From the IMG/VR virus record IMGVR_UViG_3300042901_002277: a DNA stretch of 64,000 bases. One strand, written 5' to 3'. Shown one piece after another: positions 8,997-18,659 of the stretch (the first letter of the stretch is position 1; the number at the start of each line of letters is the position of its first letter). This DNA is from a virus. The notes beneath the pieces were generated by a model. The model worked only from the letters and a program-made list of their open reading frames with translations, ran no database searches and was not told the DNA's origin. Both the position numbers and the translations under genes were made by a program.

Positions 8997-11010
8997 CTTT
9001 TAGCATTTCAACAATATTCCTCTTGCTGTTAGAGAGGGTTTCTAGTCTGTTTTTGTACAAAGTTTCAACTATCGACAAGTGGGTCTTTTCTCCAGCAGAG
9101 AGCCCATCTTTTTCAAATCGACTACGTAGCTCGTTCATCTTAAAAGAGCGCGCTCTCTTAAGCAGCGCTTCAATATGCTTCCTATATGCAACCTGTTGGT
9201 CTTGCTTTAAGTTGTTGTAATATTCGGAGTACCTAGCACCGTTTGAGCCTTGGTAAAACCCAGCGATAGTCATTTTTGCTCTCTTGGATATCTGAATCTT
9301 GTCAAGGTCAACCAACCCAGACGTCACGTTCTGTGCGAGCATCGGCACTGCGCCTTCGGGTGTTGTTAATGGATAGATTGAAGAACTAGGTCTATCTCTT
9401 TGGTCTGTCAAGAAATCAGAGACCATTATCGCTGCAACGTCTTCTGGTTTTAGGTCGGAGAACTTTACGTCAGGGCTAAACGTTGCACCCTTTAGCGCTG
9501 TTTCAACATCTTCTCGGATGTATCTTCTCTTATCTGACGGCTTGTCAGCAAAGATTACGTCTGGAGACTGCAAACCTAGATGTTGTTGTAAATCAGATGC
9601 AAATCTTTCAGCCAGGTGTTGATACTTCTTTGGTGATGAATACAGGAAATACTTATCTGCGCCAATTGTGAGAAGAGACTGGTTGTTCGCAAGTTTTCTC
9701 TCTTGTATAAGCTTACTGTTCGCCAACAGCTTTGGCATTATTTCTGCTGAGACCATAGATATTGAGCCACCTGCAGAAACATGTTCAATTGCAGCTTCAA
9801 GAGAGGTTATCTTCTTCCCGGTTTGAGCAGTTGATGAAGACTGTCTTGCAACAGTCCCACTTTCTCCTGCAGTGGCTTTTGGTCTTCTTTTGCCAGAGAA
9901 AGCCTCAGTCGCCCAACGGAATTTTCCTTTTACTATTTCATTTGGATTTTTGATTCCTATAAAGTTTTCCGAGTATCTAATTCCATCGCCCGTTTCGTCT
10001 GCAACCATCTTTAGCTTGGATGCAGGGTCAGATGTTGACTGCGACTCAATTGCTGTATTGACAGTGCGACCAAGTTTTCTTCTCTCACCAACTGAAAGCT
10101 TTCTTGCCTTCTCTAGCGTGATTGTGGAGCTACCGGGGAGAACATAGATAAGCGACTTAACGCCAGTATTGGATAGAAGGCCAAGTTCGTCATTGCCGAT
10201 GTCGTCTGGGGAGAGAGCGGAAAGGATGTATGTTGCGCCTTCCATGTCTCTGTTATCGGGGATTGCTCTTAGCACCTTTGCGGGAACTACTGGCTCTAGA
10301 ACAAAACCATCTCTTCTGACCATTCTTGTGGCCTTGCCGTTGTACCCACCAATTTCTGAAACCATACCCTTTACTTGCTCTGCAGCGGAACGTGGGTTGT
10401 CAAGTGAAACTTTTGGAATCTGTGGCTTGCGTGATTCGATTAAACCCCCGGGTAAATCACCAGGGGTCAGAGGCTTCCCTGTTACGGGTTCTGGTTTTGC
10501 AGGGCCACGTCCTGCGCGTCGCAAAGCAGCAACAAGCATTCTTAGCGGAGATGGAATATCAAAAAGTTTTGCTCCACACGTGGATAAACGCGAGTCAGTA
10601 AATCTTCCACCGTATTGGTATCCTTCTGGACACCTGTAGCCACGATTCTGCCCTGGCTTTGAGCCACCGACACCACCAGGTTTCCCGGGTGTAAGAGTTC
10701 TGTAGATTGCAGAGCGGACAGGGGAGCGGATTGGGTCAGAGTCTCCAGGGATTGCAATGCTCCTCAGAGTAGAACCAATCCGTGAAGCTTTTGTTTGTAT
10801 CTCTACGGAGTCGAATGCGCTCTTTCTGAGAATCCTGTCTGTCCCATTACGCTTGGACAAAGCCTTGAATGACACTACATTTTCAGAAAGCTTTATTCTT
10901 GAGCGCGCAATATTATGCAGATTCTTTGCATCAATATCTGCAATTACGATACGCGCGACAACTACGGCACGCCCAGGACAGCATGGCAATGAGCCATCAA
11001 TTTCACTCAT
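8980..11010 (-). CDS. Putative internal head protein with RCP...FTD...C motif and degenerate HipA/PI3K-like kinase domain
   Basis: Start moved to ATG 11010 overlapping the upstream stop; LAERFASDLQQHLGL and DFLTDQRDR resemble HipA/PI3K-type motifs. Confidence 0.55.
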   Translation of the reverse strand: MSEIDGSLPCCPGRAVVVARIVIADIDAKNLHNIARSRIKLSENVVSFKALSKRNGTDRILRKSAFDSVEIQTKASRIGSTLRSIAIPGDSDPIRSPVRSAIYRTLTPGKPGGVGGSKPGQNRGYRCPEGYQYGGRFTDSRLSTCGAKLFDIPSPLRMLVAALRRAGRGPAKPEPVTGKPLTPGDLPGGLIESRKPQIPKVSLDNPRSAAEQVKGMVSEIGGYNGKATRMVRRDGFVLEPVVPAKVLRAIPDNRDMEGATYILSALSPDDIGNDELGLLSNTGVKSLIYVLPGSSTITLEKARKLSVGERRKLGRTVNTAIESQSTSDPASKLKMVADETGDGIRYSENFIGIKNPNEIVKGKFRWATEAFSGKRRPKATAGESGTVARQSSSTAQTGKKITSLEAAIEHVSAGGSISMVSAEIMPKLLANSKLIQERKLANNQSLLTIGADKYFLYSSPKKYQHLAERFASDLQQHLGLQSPDVIFADKPSDKRRYIREDVETALKGATFSPDVKFSDLKPEDVAAIMVSDFLTDQRDRPSSSIYPLTTPEGAVPMLAQNVTSGLVDLDKIQISKRAKMTIAGFYQGSNGARYSEYYNNLKQDQQVAYRKHIEALLKRARSFKMNELRSRFEKDGLSAGEKTHLSIVETLYKNRLETLSNSKRNIVEMLKGGTDA

Positions 11011-11668
11011 AGTCCCCACCACAGCACTCTGCAGACTTGCGACCTTCTGGAATCTCAAACTTCATGGTCTCGCCATTTTCGTCTTCGCCTTCCATTTCCC
11101 AGTTTTTGTCGTCTCTTAGGAATTCAGAGAACTTTGGCTCCATCTCGATGAAGTCGCGCAAGACGCTAAAAGCATGGAGAATGTCTGATTCGGTTACAAC
11201 GTCCTTTGGGTTATTCCCATCGGCGCTCTTAAACTCATGAAAGAATACATCGTCTTCGTAATGTGAATCATTGAGAGACTTTTTCACAGTGCGCTTTGCT
11301 GCTCTACGCAGATGACTTGAAAATTCAGAATTTGACCAGTTTCTTTTCTTCAATTTTCCGCGGCAGTTCTTCATGCCTGGATGATGGCATCCCTCATTTG
11401 GCCAAAGACCAGTTGTTTCATGATGCAACCATGCACAAATATTGTTCAATGGGTATAGCTCTGGGTGGTTTGCAAGAATCACTCTACAACGACGGAATCC
11501 GCCTGGCTTACGCATGATTGGTCGCCAGTAACGCAAAAGTCGTTCTAGGTTTCCACGACGAGGGCCGTATCCACGGAGCAGGTCGCCAGTGACTAGCTCT
11601 TGAGGGATTATTCCGCCAAGAGGGTCGAGTTTCACTTCGTTATTTTCGAATTCAGAACTCATTGCCAT
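11003..11668 (-). CDS. Head-module protein with Cys/His motif
   Basis: LLRYW...PGGFRRC...CAWLHHETTGLWP...CHHPGMKNC. Confidence 0.65.
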   Translation of the reverse strand: MAMSSEFENNEVKLDPLGGIIPQELVTGDLLRGYGPRRGNLERLLRYWRPIMRKPGGFRRCRVILANHPELYPLNNICAWLHHETTGLWPNEGCHHPGMKNCRGKLKKRNWSNSEFSSHLRRAAKRTVKKSLNDSHYEDDVFFHEFKSADGNNPKDVVTESDILHAFSVLRDFIEMEPKFSEFLRDDKNWEMEGEDENGETMKFEIPEGRKSAECCGGDYE

Positions 11669-12086
11669 CCTCGTGTTTATTTGCGGAATTGTCTACCTTA
11701 TAATCTACCATTTTAATGAGACTCTTATTATTTATAAAGTCAATTGCTCGTGCATTCTTCTTTTCGAGTTTCACTTTTGTTTCACCAACTGTTGACAGTG
11801 TTGTTATACCCTCAAGAACTTCTTTTTCTATTTCGACATCTTTCTTGATGAATGTCTCATACCATTTCCCCTTTGTTGGATTCTTGGGAGCATCCCATAG
11901 AGAACGATGAAACTTGGTGTTTCTAATCTTGTTTAATCCTTGTGCCTTTGACGCCCACGAAAAGAAGTAAATCTTTACAGAGGAGCCATCTGGTCTTACG
12001 ATTGCTCCATCCTTTTCTCCAGCCTTTGCGTCTACGTCGTAATAGACCTTGTTCCCGTCGTATGTTCCAACAAGTACAGCTTTCAT
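11652..12086 (-). CDS. Hypothetical protein
   Basis: 144-aa ORF coupled to both neighbours. Confidence 0.7.
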   Translation of the reverse strand: MKAVLVGTYDGNKVYYDVDAKAGEKDGAIVRPDGSSVKIYFFSWASKAQGLNKIRNTKFHRSLWDAPKNPTKGKWYETFIKKDVEIEKEVLEGITTLSTVGETKVKLEKKNARAIDFINNKSLIKMVDYKVDNSANKHEDGNEF

Positions 12087-12088
12087 AA

Positions 12089-15000
12089 TTAGTCGACCAT
12101 CAAATCTAATTGCCCGCTTTTTCTGATGCTGTCAAGTGTTTTCTTTAGTTCTGCTTCAACTTCTGCATCGATGTTTCTCTTAAGTATCTCATCAACCCTG
12201 GTTGTTGGGCTGGCTGTTTTATCATACGAACGAGGATTCTCGATATTCATGCCTTGTGGGTGAGCGAACTTGACGTAGCCGATTCCCATTCCTTCATACT
12301 TCTCTTTAATCTTCTTAGCAGCACGATACTCCTTGAGCTTTACCATGCTTACCGTATTTAATGGTTTGCCCCCAGATATTGAATAGAAGTAGGCAACCTC
12401 TTCTGGCGTGAATCCAAGTTTCTCAAGCTTTGATGCAAGCGACCTATCGTTCACAACATCCGAGATGTCTTCAGACTCTGCAACCTTTGCAACCTTTGTG
12501 TACGGGTAGTGAATTCCCTCTACTTCGCTCTTCTTGAATCCACCAAGAATCTGGGCCTCAAATGGCTCGTGACCTCTAGTCGACGAGTCAACAGCGCCAA
12601 CTGGCGCCATTCTGCCATTTTCATCCATTGATGCATTGACAGAGGAGAAGTTCTTGTCCATCTTTGCTCCTAGAAGATGAAGCATCGCTTCGGTGTTCTG
12701 TTTCTTTGAAGAAATCCCATCAGCATTCATGATTGCGTCGGCGATGTCATCAGGGTCGTTGGAGTTCATCGCTACTGGTCTGTGCGCCGACTGTAGGGCC
12801 TCTCCGCGTCCGTATGCAGTGCGATTAGACACTTCTGGCTTGAGGATTACCTCTATCTCCCCTAGCGCCGTAAGACCGTCTCCCACAATGTCATTGTCGC
12901 CAACCTCAAAGATTGCATCGCTTCCGATATTGCCCTTGCCCGACGCGGCTACTCTTCTCTTCTTTTCTTCATTGTGTGAACGATGCACAACGTATCCGCT
13001 GACAGGCTTGGCTGAGTTTGGAGTTGATTTGCTAATGCCAATCCTGCTGTTGTACTCATCTCTAAATACATCTGATGAGCGTCCAGCCCTTCTGCCTGAA
13101 CTAAATACACCATCAAAGTCATCGAACTCGGTCTTTACTGGTTTGTAGTCATTCTCATCAAACCCAGCAAACGGGTCATCGTATTCATTCGATATTGAAG
13201 TTGACGGAGTTGTTGGTGTTGCGTCAAAATCGCCAAACGGGTCAGTCTCTGAGGGCTTGCTCTTTCCTCTGCCAAACCTTTTCCCTATTTTTTCACGAGC
13301 AGAACCAATCACCTGTCCCGCATTTTCAAACAACTCGCCTCTTTCGGCTCGTATGATATTGCCGAACTCATCAAGTCTCTGCCTGTTCTCATCTGTAACG
13401 ACTCGCTCATCAATGAAATCTGAAGCAATAGTCCAAGCGTCTGCAAGCTTGTCCACCACTGGGTCCGGAAGGCCGTTTGGTGCGACTCGGTCAACAGCCG
13501 ACATTGCAACATCCATTTGATTCTGGGTTATCCTGCCCCTTTCAACTGCTTCCTCTAGACCGCGTTCAGCAATTTCTCGTCCAGCCCTTCTGGCAACATC
13601 AACCGCAAGCGCGGTTGCGAAACCAGCAGGTCCACCAGCAGCAAGAGCACCAGCCATGTTTACGCCGTACTTAACGCGTTCACGAGTATCTTCATCTGCT
13701 CCTGAACGCTTCAGAACTGCATCCAATACTCGCCCTGTTGCACGACTGCCAGCGATTCCAGCAACTCTCTGCTTCCTACTTGAACCACTTCTTGCCCCAG
13801 AAGAGAGCTTTGGAGACTCCCTTCTAGTTATTGGATTCAGTCTTCTCTCAAGTCTTCTTCCAATTGCACCACTTTCAAGGATGATGTCGTCGGTTTCCGT
13901 CGGAAGGAATTCACCATCATCCGCAAACTTAGTAAGTTGACTTTCTGTCATTCTTATGCGTGGCCGCTTATCTATTCCTGCGTGGAACTCAACTGCAGCA
14001 TCTTCAACATCCTTGAGTATTGCTTCTATTGACTTTCTAGCAACAACATCAGCTACTGCTGGGTCTAGTGATTCCCTCGACATGTCGTTCATTACATCTC
14101 TTGGACTCTCACCAGCCATGACGCGCTTGGTATCTTCAAATGTCATATTTGCCCTGGTGGCTCTTAAAACTTTTCTTTCTTCGCGCGTCTGTGGGACGCC
14201 AAGAACTTCACGCCCTGCAGTTGGGTCCGACGCAGAACCTACTGACGTCATGCCACTTTCTGACACATAGTCTTCAGACGGTGGTTCACCAAAAGAACCG
14301 CCAGCGCTTATTACTTCACGCTTGACTTCTACGTTCTTGTCTTCGATTTCTACGTCACGCTTTGGTCGTGATGGAGTAGAAGAAAGACCGTTCTCCCTTC
14401 TTTGCGCAACATACTTATTGGCAACTCTGTCAATCTTCTTCTTGGTCCCCTTTGCGTGCCTCGATACGCCAGAACCTTCTTCGCCTATAGATGCAGAAAG
14501 CCTGTCTAGAACATCAACGACATTATCCTGCTCTTGAACGCGGACGACTACTGTTCCGTCAGGCTTTACATCAACAACTTTCATTTTTCCTGGAGGAAGA
14601 ATTAAAGCCCCTTCTTGACCGAGTTCTGTTTCATTAGTCCTGAATAGACCTTTATCACCCTTAGATACTTGCACTATTACGCGAGTCTTTTCCTTACCGG
14701 CACGAGTAACCACATCGCCATCAGGGTCACGCACTTCTCCTGGCTTATGTGGTGATTCATCAGTGATGATTCGTCCACTTACAAAACCTTGATTATCGAA
14801 GTTCTCGCTTATGTCTTTAAATCCGCTCTCTGTTACACCAAAATAAATCTCTGCTTCGATTTCCAGGTCATCAGGGATGGATGACTCATCTATCGCTTCC
14901 ATTGCTGGAATAAGGACTTTCTGGATTTGGTCTTCGAGTGATGCCGTATCGCTTTCTGGAGACAGGTTTCCAGCACTTCTTTGCGCCCTTCGATAACTGC

Positions 15001-18000
15001 GGTTAATACTCTTTACTGCCGCTACGTTGCTGTCTGGGTCAAGAAGATTCCCCACGTCTGTTGTAGCTGGGTCCCCAAGTCTTTCAACTGCTCTTGCTTG
15101 CTCTTCGGACATTGCGTAGTATTCATCTTGCTGAATTTTTTTTGCGTAGCTCGCCCCAGCCTTGTCAGTCTTTACTTTCTTTGACTTTTTCATGGCTTGC
15201 TGTCTTGGAGGATTTACTATCTCATCAATTCTGGTGTCAAGTTCACGTCTCTGCTTCGACCAAACTTTTGCATCTTCGGAACCTTCGAGCTTGGACTTAT
15301 ATATGTCTCGGATTATTTTCTTGTCTTCTAGTAGAACCGATTTTGCCTCTGACGATAGACCTGGCTCCTTGAGGGACACCTCAATATCGGCAAGCTTTTG
15401 CACCACCTCTTCAGGGTTCATGTCGTTGGTTTGCTGCCTCAGATTTTTGATTTCTTCTTGGCGCGCTTTGGCAGCCATTTCCTTTGGACGCAATGTACCT
15501 TCTGAAAACATCTTTTCACGAACAGACTTACGCAGGGCTCTCATGTCTCTACTGCGTCTATCCCTATCTTCGCTGCTAAACCTTTCAGCCCACCTTTTTT
15601 CTATCAAGGATATTTTTTCATTGTTTTCTTTGATTTTTCTATTCAAATCTTTAAAATCTGGCGAGTCCTTACTTACTCCATTTTTCTCCATATCGTCGAA
15701 GGCGTCGTTATACGCTTCTTTTTGATACTGAAGTCCAGAAAGAGATTCTATAAATTTTTCGTTAGTTATTGAATTGCTTGTAGTCCATCCCTCTATGTTG
15801 GACATTTCTTTTTCATGAGCTATATCAAGTCGTCGTTTTGCTAGGACCTGAGGGGTGGGTGGGTTTAATATTTCATCAACACCCTTATCAAGTTCCTTTT
15901 TCTTTTTTGACCAATCCTTGGGGTCACCAGCATCGCTAAATCTTGACTTATATATTGCTCGAATCATTTTCTTATCTTCAAGCAGCTCCGACTTCATTCC
16001 TTCTGAAATGCCGGGTTCTTTGAGGGACGTCTCGATATCGGCAAGTTTTTGCACAAACTCATCGACTGTCATTCTATTCGCTCTGGCTTCGAGGTCGTTT
16101 ATGTCCTGCTGACGTGTTCTCGCCGCCATCTCATCTGGGCGAAGCTTGCCTTCAGCAAACATCTTTTGTCGAACCGATTCCTTCATAGACTTCATATCTT
16201 TTTTACGCTTTTCACTATCAGGGCTGCTAAACCTCTCTGCCCAATTCTTTTCTATAAGCGATATGTAGTCATTTGTTTCTTTTATCTTGCGATTAATCTC
16301 CTTGAATTGTGGAGAGTCCTTGCTTTCCCCGCTTGCCTCAAGATTGTCGTAAGAATCATTTAATGATTCTTTTCTGTATTGAAGCTCTGCGAGGCTATCG
16401 ACAAAATCATCACTTGTCGTGGACGTGTCATTTGACCAGTTTTGAATTTGCGAAAGACGACTCTTGTGCTCTATTTCAAGCCGTTTCCTCACTTCTGCAA
16501 CGCTGTTTCCAGACAACTCTGGGTCCGGACCAAGGTTCTCGTAGTAGCGAGCCTCGATTTCTCTTAAGCCTTCTGCGTCAGACCTTCTTCTAATGTCAAT
16601 GTATCTACCGTCAGATACGTCATCCATCCACTCAAGTGCAGCATCGATATCGTCCCCGTATATGAGACCAAGGTCTCTAAGAGCCCAAAGCTCTGCGGCA
16701 GCTTCCAGCGCCCAGTGCTCTGCTCCGTATTTATCGTTGAAATACATCTTTGGATATTCTCCAGCAAGAAATCCAACTACATCCGTTCTGGATAAGGCGT
16801 TTTTAAGTGACTCAAGGTCAATCCCGTCTCCAGCCTTTGACATAAGGTCCATCACCATCCCGCTAGTGAGGTCTCTAATATTCTCCACCTTTACAGGCTC
16901 ACCCTTGTCGTTGAGGACTGTAATGAAACCATTAGTCCTAATCTGTCGCTCTGCTTCTCTGTTGAAAGCTTGCATTTGAATAGTATGGGCAATCTCGTGC
17001 TTCATAATATGTCGCGCAAATGCTCGTTCTTCCACCATCGCTGCAAGTTGTTTTGAATGCCCATCGACAGTAACCAAAAAATCAGTCAGGGCAGTTGCTC
17101 TTTCCGAATCAGTCTTTCCACCAACAAAGTCGATTCGCATTCTTTCGCCTGGAGCAAGGCTTGGTATTAATGCTTCCTGATTATTCATTATCTCAGGAAT
17201 ATCAACATATATGATACTCATCACACGTTTGCTGTCAGGCGATGTATACCCACCTGTAGAGGCCTCATCCATGCGTGGGTCGTCAGGACTTTTAACTTGA
17301 AAATTAATCTTTGCGATTGTCCTCATGTGCTCTGGGTCTGCAATGAATGAATCAAGAGCCGATTCGAGCAGAGCTCTTTCAGTTGTGTACCAGCGCTCTG
17401 TGTCTGCTGCGATAAGGCTCTTTTGACGTTCTGGAGTCAGGTCTGAGAATCCAGGAACATGCGCAAGTCTTGCTTTTACTATCTTGTCAATATCCTCTGC
17501 TGAAAGCCTGCTGCTTGTATCTATCGTCCATGCACCACTGTCTCTCAGCTTTTGGAAAACCTCGAATACGTCGTCATTCGTTTTCCTTTTTTCATCTGTT
17601 CTGATTACGCCAAGCGAGTCCATCAGGCTTGCGACGTTTATGTCCTGTTGAGCAAGCTTGTCCTGCGCACGAATCATGCCATCAACGAATACCCTACTAT
17701 TTCTATCGTTCAGGCTTGCTTCACGCCACTTTTTAATGTTCTTAATTCTTTTGCCGTTTTCATCACGCCATACGGTTCTGCCAATTCCCGGTATTGCTCC
17801 GTTATCTAGCCATGAGATAAACTCAAAAAGTTTTTTTGTTGTGTTTTTTACGCCGGTTTCTTTGCTGACATCAATCCCGCTTGCCATCCTTTTGGCAAAA
17901 TCAAATATCTCAGATGCAGAAATTCCAAAACAATTTGTTCCTGCGCTGTCTGTGAATTGGTTTGCTGCAGGCGTTCCAGGAGGGCACCTAAATTTTCCAT

Positions 18001-18643
18001 TTTCATCAACAATTATCCCGAACGCGCTGGCGGCTCTCGCTATAAGGGAACGACCTCTTTGCCCAATAGTTTGCCCTGGAAGTCTTTTTTCACCATAGCC
18101 AGAAGAGTTGGCGGTTTTTTCTCCGTTAAGGCTAAATGGGTCAAGGGTCTGTTCCGACTCCTCGATAATCTCGTCAGTCTTTTTATTGACTTTATATTTT
18201 CTTATTCGCAGTTTTGGTTTTGCTGCAAGAACTCTTGCGTATTCGTCAGCCGAAACAGAACGTGGTTCATCAACCCATCCAAAGTTTGGTTTCTTTACGG
18301 CTGTCTTTCGCAATTTAACTGATGGGAACAGGTTGAGGATTTTACCTTCTTCCCACTTTTGGCCCGGAAGATAGTTGTACCCGTTTAGACGCTCAACCAT
18401 TCCGGGCGTACCACCCTTGTTGGTTCTCTTTTTCCCATCAGTGTCTTGATATGTTTCTTTACCAGTCGCGCTGTCGAGCGCCTTGACAGAAAGACCAGCG
18501 TTCAGTGTTGGTCTTGTTATTGACTCAAGTACGGCCTTCTTGAACGCAATTGCTGCGTCGTTTAAGTCTCGCCTTCCAGCGAGCGGCGATACAAGCCTCT
18601 CGGATGTGATTGTACGTGTTTTATAGAACGGCTTACCCGTCAT
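12089..18643 (-). CDS. Giant (~2184 aa) polyvalent-type putative internal head protein: zincin HExxH, 217-aa tandem duplication, degenerate VIP2-like ART, DUF3626-like C-terminus
   Basis: Start moved to ATG 18643 (GAAAGG upstream, just after the 18660 stop); KHEIAH plus LEAAAE; GFVS...VSKGDKG...E-ALILPPG; EAQILGG. Confidence 0.7.
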   Translation of the reverse strand: MTGKPFYKTRTITSERLVSPLAGRRDLNDAAIAFKKAVLESITRPTLNAGLSVKALDSATGKETYQDTDGKKRTNKGGTPGMVERLNGYNYLPGQKWEEGKILNLFPSVKLRKTAVKKPNFGWVDEPRSVSADEYARVLAAKPKLRIRKYKVNKKTDEIIEESEQTLDPFSLNGEKTANSSGYGEKRLPGQTIGQRGRSLIARAASAFGIIVDENGKFRCPPGTPAANQFTDSAGTNCFGISASEIFDFAKRMASGIDVSKETGVKNTTKKLFEFISWLDNGAIPGIGRTVWRDENGKRIKNIKKWREASLNDRNSRVFVDGMIRAQDKLAQQDINVASLMDSLGVIRTDEKRKTNDDVFEVFQKLRDSGAWTIDTSSRLSAEDIDKIVKARLAHVPGFSDLTPERQKSLIAADTERWYTTERALLESALDSFIADPEHMRTIAKINFQVKSPDDPRMDEASTGGYTSPDSKRVMSIIYVDIPEIMNNQEALIPSLAPGERMRIDFVGGKTDSERATALTDFLVTVDGHSKQLAAMVEERAFARHIMKHEIAHTIQMQAFNREAERQIRTNGFITVLNDKGEPVKVENIRDLTSGMVMDLMSKAGDGIDLESLKNALSRTDVVGFLAGEYPKMYFNDKYGAEHWALEAAAELWALRDLGLIYGDDIDAALEWMDDVSDGRYIDIRRRSDAEGLREIEARYYENLGPDPELSGNSVAEVRKRLEIEHKSRLSQIQNWSNDTSTTSDDFVDSLAELQYRKESLNDSYDNLEASGESKDSPQFKEINRKIKETNDYISLIEKNWAERFSSPDSEKRKKDMKSMKESVRQKMFAEGKLRPDEMAARTRQQDINDLEARANRMTVDEFVQKLADIETSLKEPGISEGMKSELLEDKKMIRAIYKSRFSDAGDPKDWSKKKKELDKGVDEILNPPTPQVLAKRRLDIAHEKEMSNIEGWTTSNSITNEKFIESLSGLQYQKEAYNDAFDDMEKNGVSKDSPDFKDLNRKIKENNEKISLIEKRWAERFSSEDRDRRSRDMRALRKSVREKMFSEGTLRPKEMAAKARQEEIKNLRQQTNDMNPEEVVQKLADIEVSLKEPGLSSEAKSVLLEDKKIIRDIYKSKLEGSEDAKVWSKQRRELDTRIDEIVNPPRQQAMKKSKKVKTDKAGASYAKKIQQDEYYAMSEEQARAVERLGDPATTDVGNLLDPDSNVAAVKSINRSYRRAQRSAGNLSPESDTASLEDQIQKVLIPAMEAIDESSIPDDLEIEAEIYFGVTESGFKDISENFDNQGFVSGRIITDESPHKPGEVRDPDGDVVTRAGKEKTRVIVQVSKGDKGLFRTNETELGQEGALILPPGKMKVVDVKPDGTVVVRVQEQDNVVDVLDRLSASIGEEGSGVSRHAKGTKKKIDRVANKYVAQRRENGLSSTPSRPKRDVEIEDKNVEVKREVISAGGSFGEPPSEDYVSESGMTSVGSASDPTAGREVLGVPQTREERKVLRATRANMTFEDTKRVMAGESPRDVMNDMSRESLDPAVADVVARKSIEAILKDVEDAAVEFHAGIDKRPRIRMTESQLTKFADDGEFLPTETDDIILESGAIGRRLERRLNPITRRESPKLSSGARSGSSRKQRVAGIAGSRATGRVLDAVLKRSGADEDTRERVKYGVNMAGALAAGGPAGFATALAVDVARRAGREIAERGLEEAVERGRITQNQMDVAMSAVDRVAPNGLPDPVVDKLADAWTIASDFIDERVVTDENRQRLDEFGNIIRAERGELFENAGQVIGSAREKIGKRFGRGKSKPSETDPFGDFDATPTTPSTSISNEYDDPFAGFDENDYKPVKTEFDDFDGVFSSGRRAGRSSDVFRDEYNSRIGISKSTPNSAKPVSGYVVHRSHNEEKKRRVAASGKGNIGSDAIFEVGDNDIVGDGLTALGEIEVILKPEVSNRTAYGRGEALQSAHRPVAMNSNDPDDIADAIMNADGISSKKQNTEAMLHLLGAKMDKNFSSVNASMDENGRMAPVGAVDSSTRGHEPFEAQILGGFKKSEVEGIHYPYTKVAKVAESEDISDVVNDRSLASKLEKLGFTPEEVAYFYSISGGKPLNTVSMVKLKEYRAAKKIKEKYEGMGIGYVKFAHPQGMNIENPRSYDKTASPTTRVDEILKRNIDAEVEAELKKTLDSIRKSGQLDLMVD
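15206..16490 (-). repeat. Tandem coding duplication, 651-nt (217-aa) period
   Basis: Two aligned copies of LQY-KE...SKDSP-FK--NRKIKE-N--ISLIEK-WAERFSS...VQKLADIE-SLKEPG...LLEDKK-IR-IYKS...DEI-NPP. Confidence 0.93.
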
Positions 18644-18659
18644 GGCGGGCCGCCCTTTC

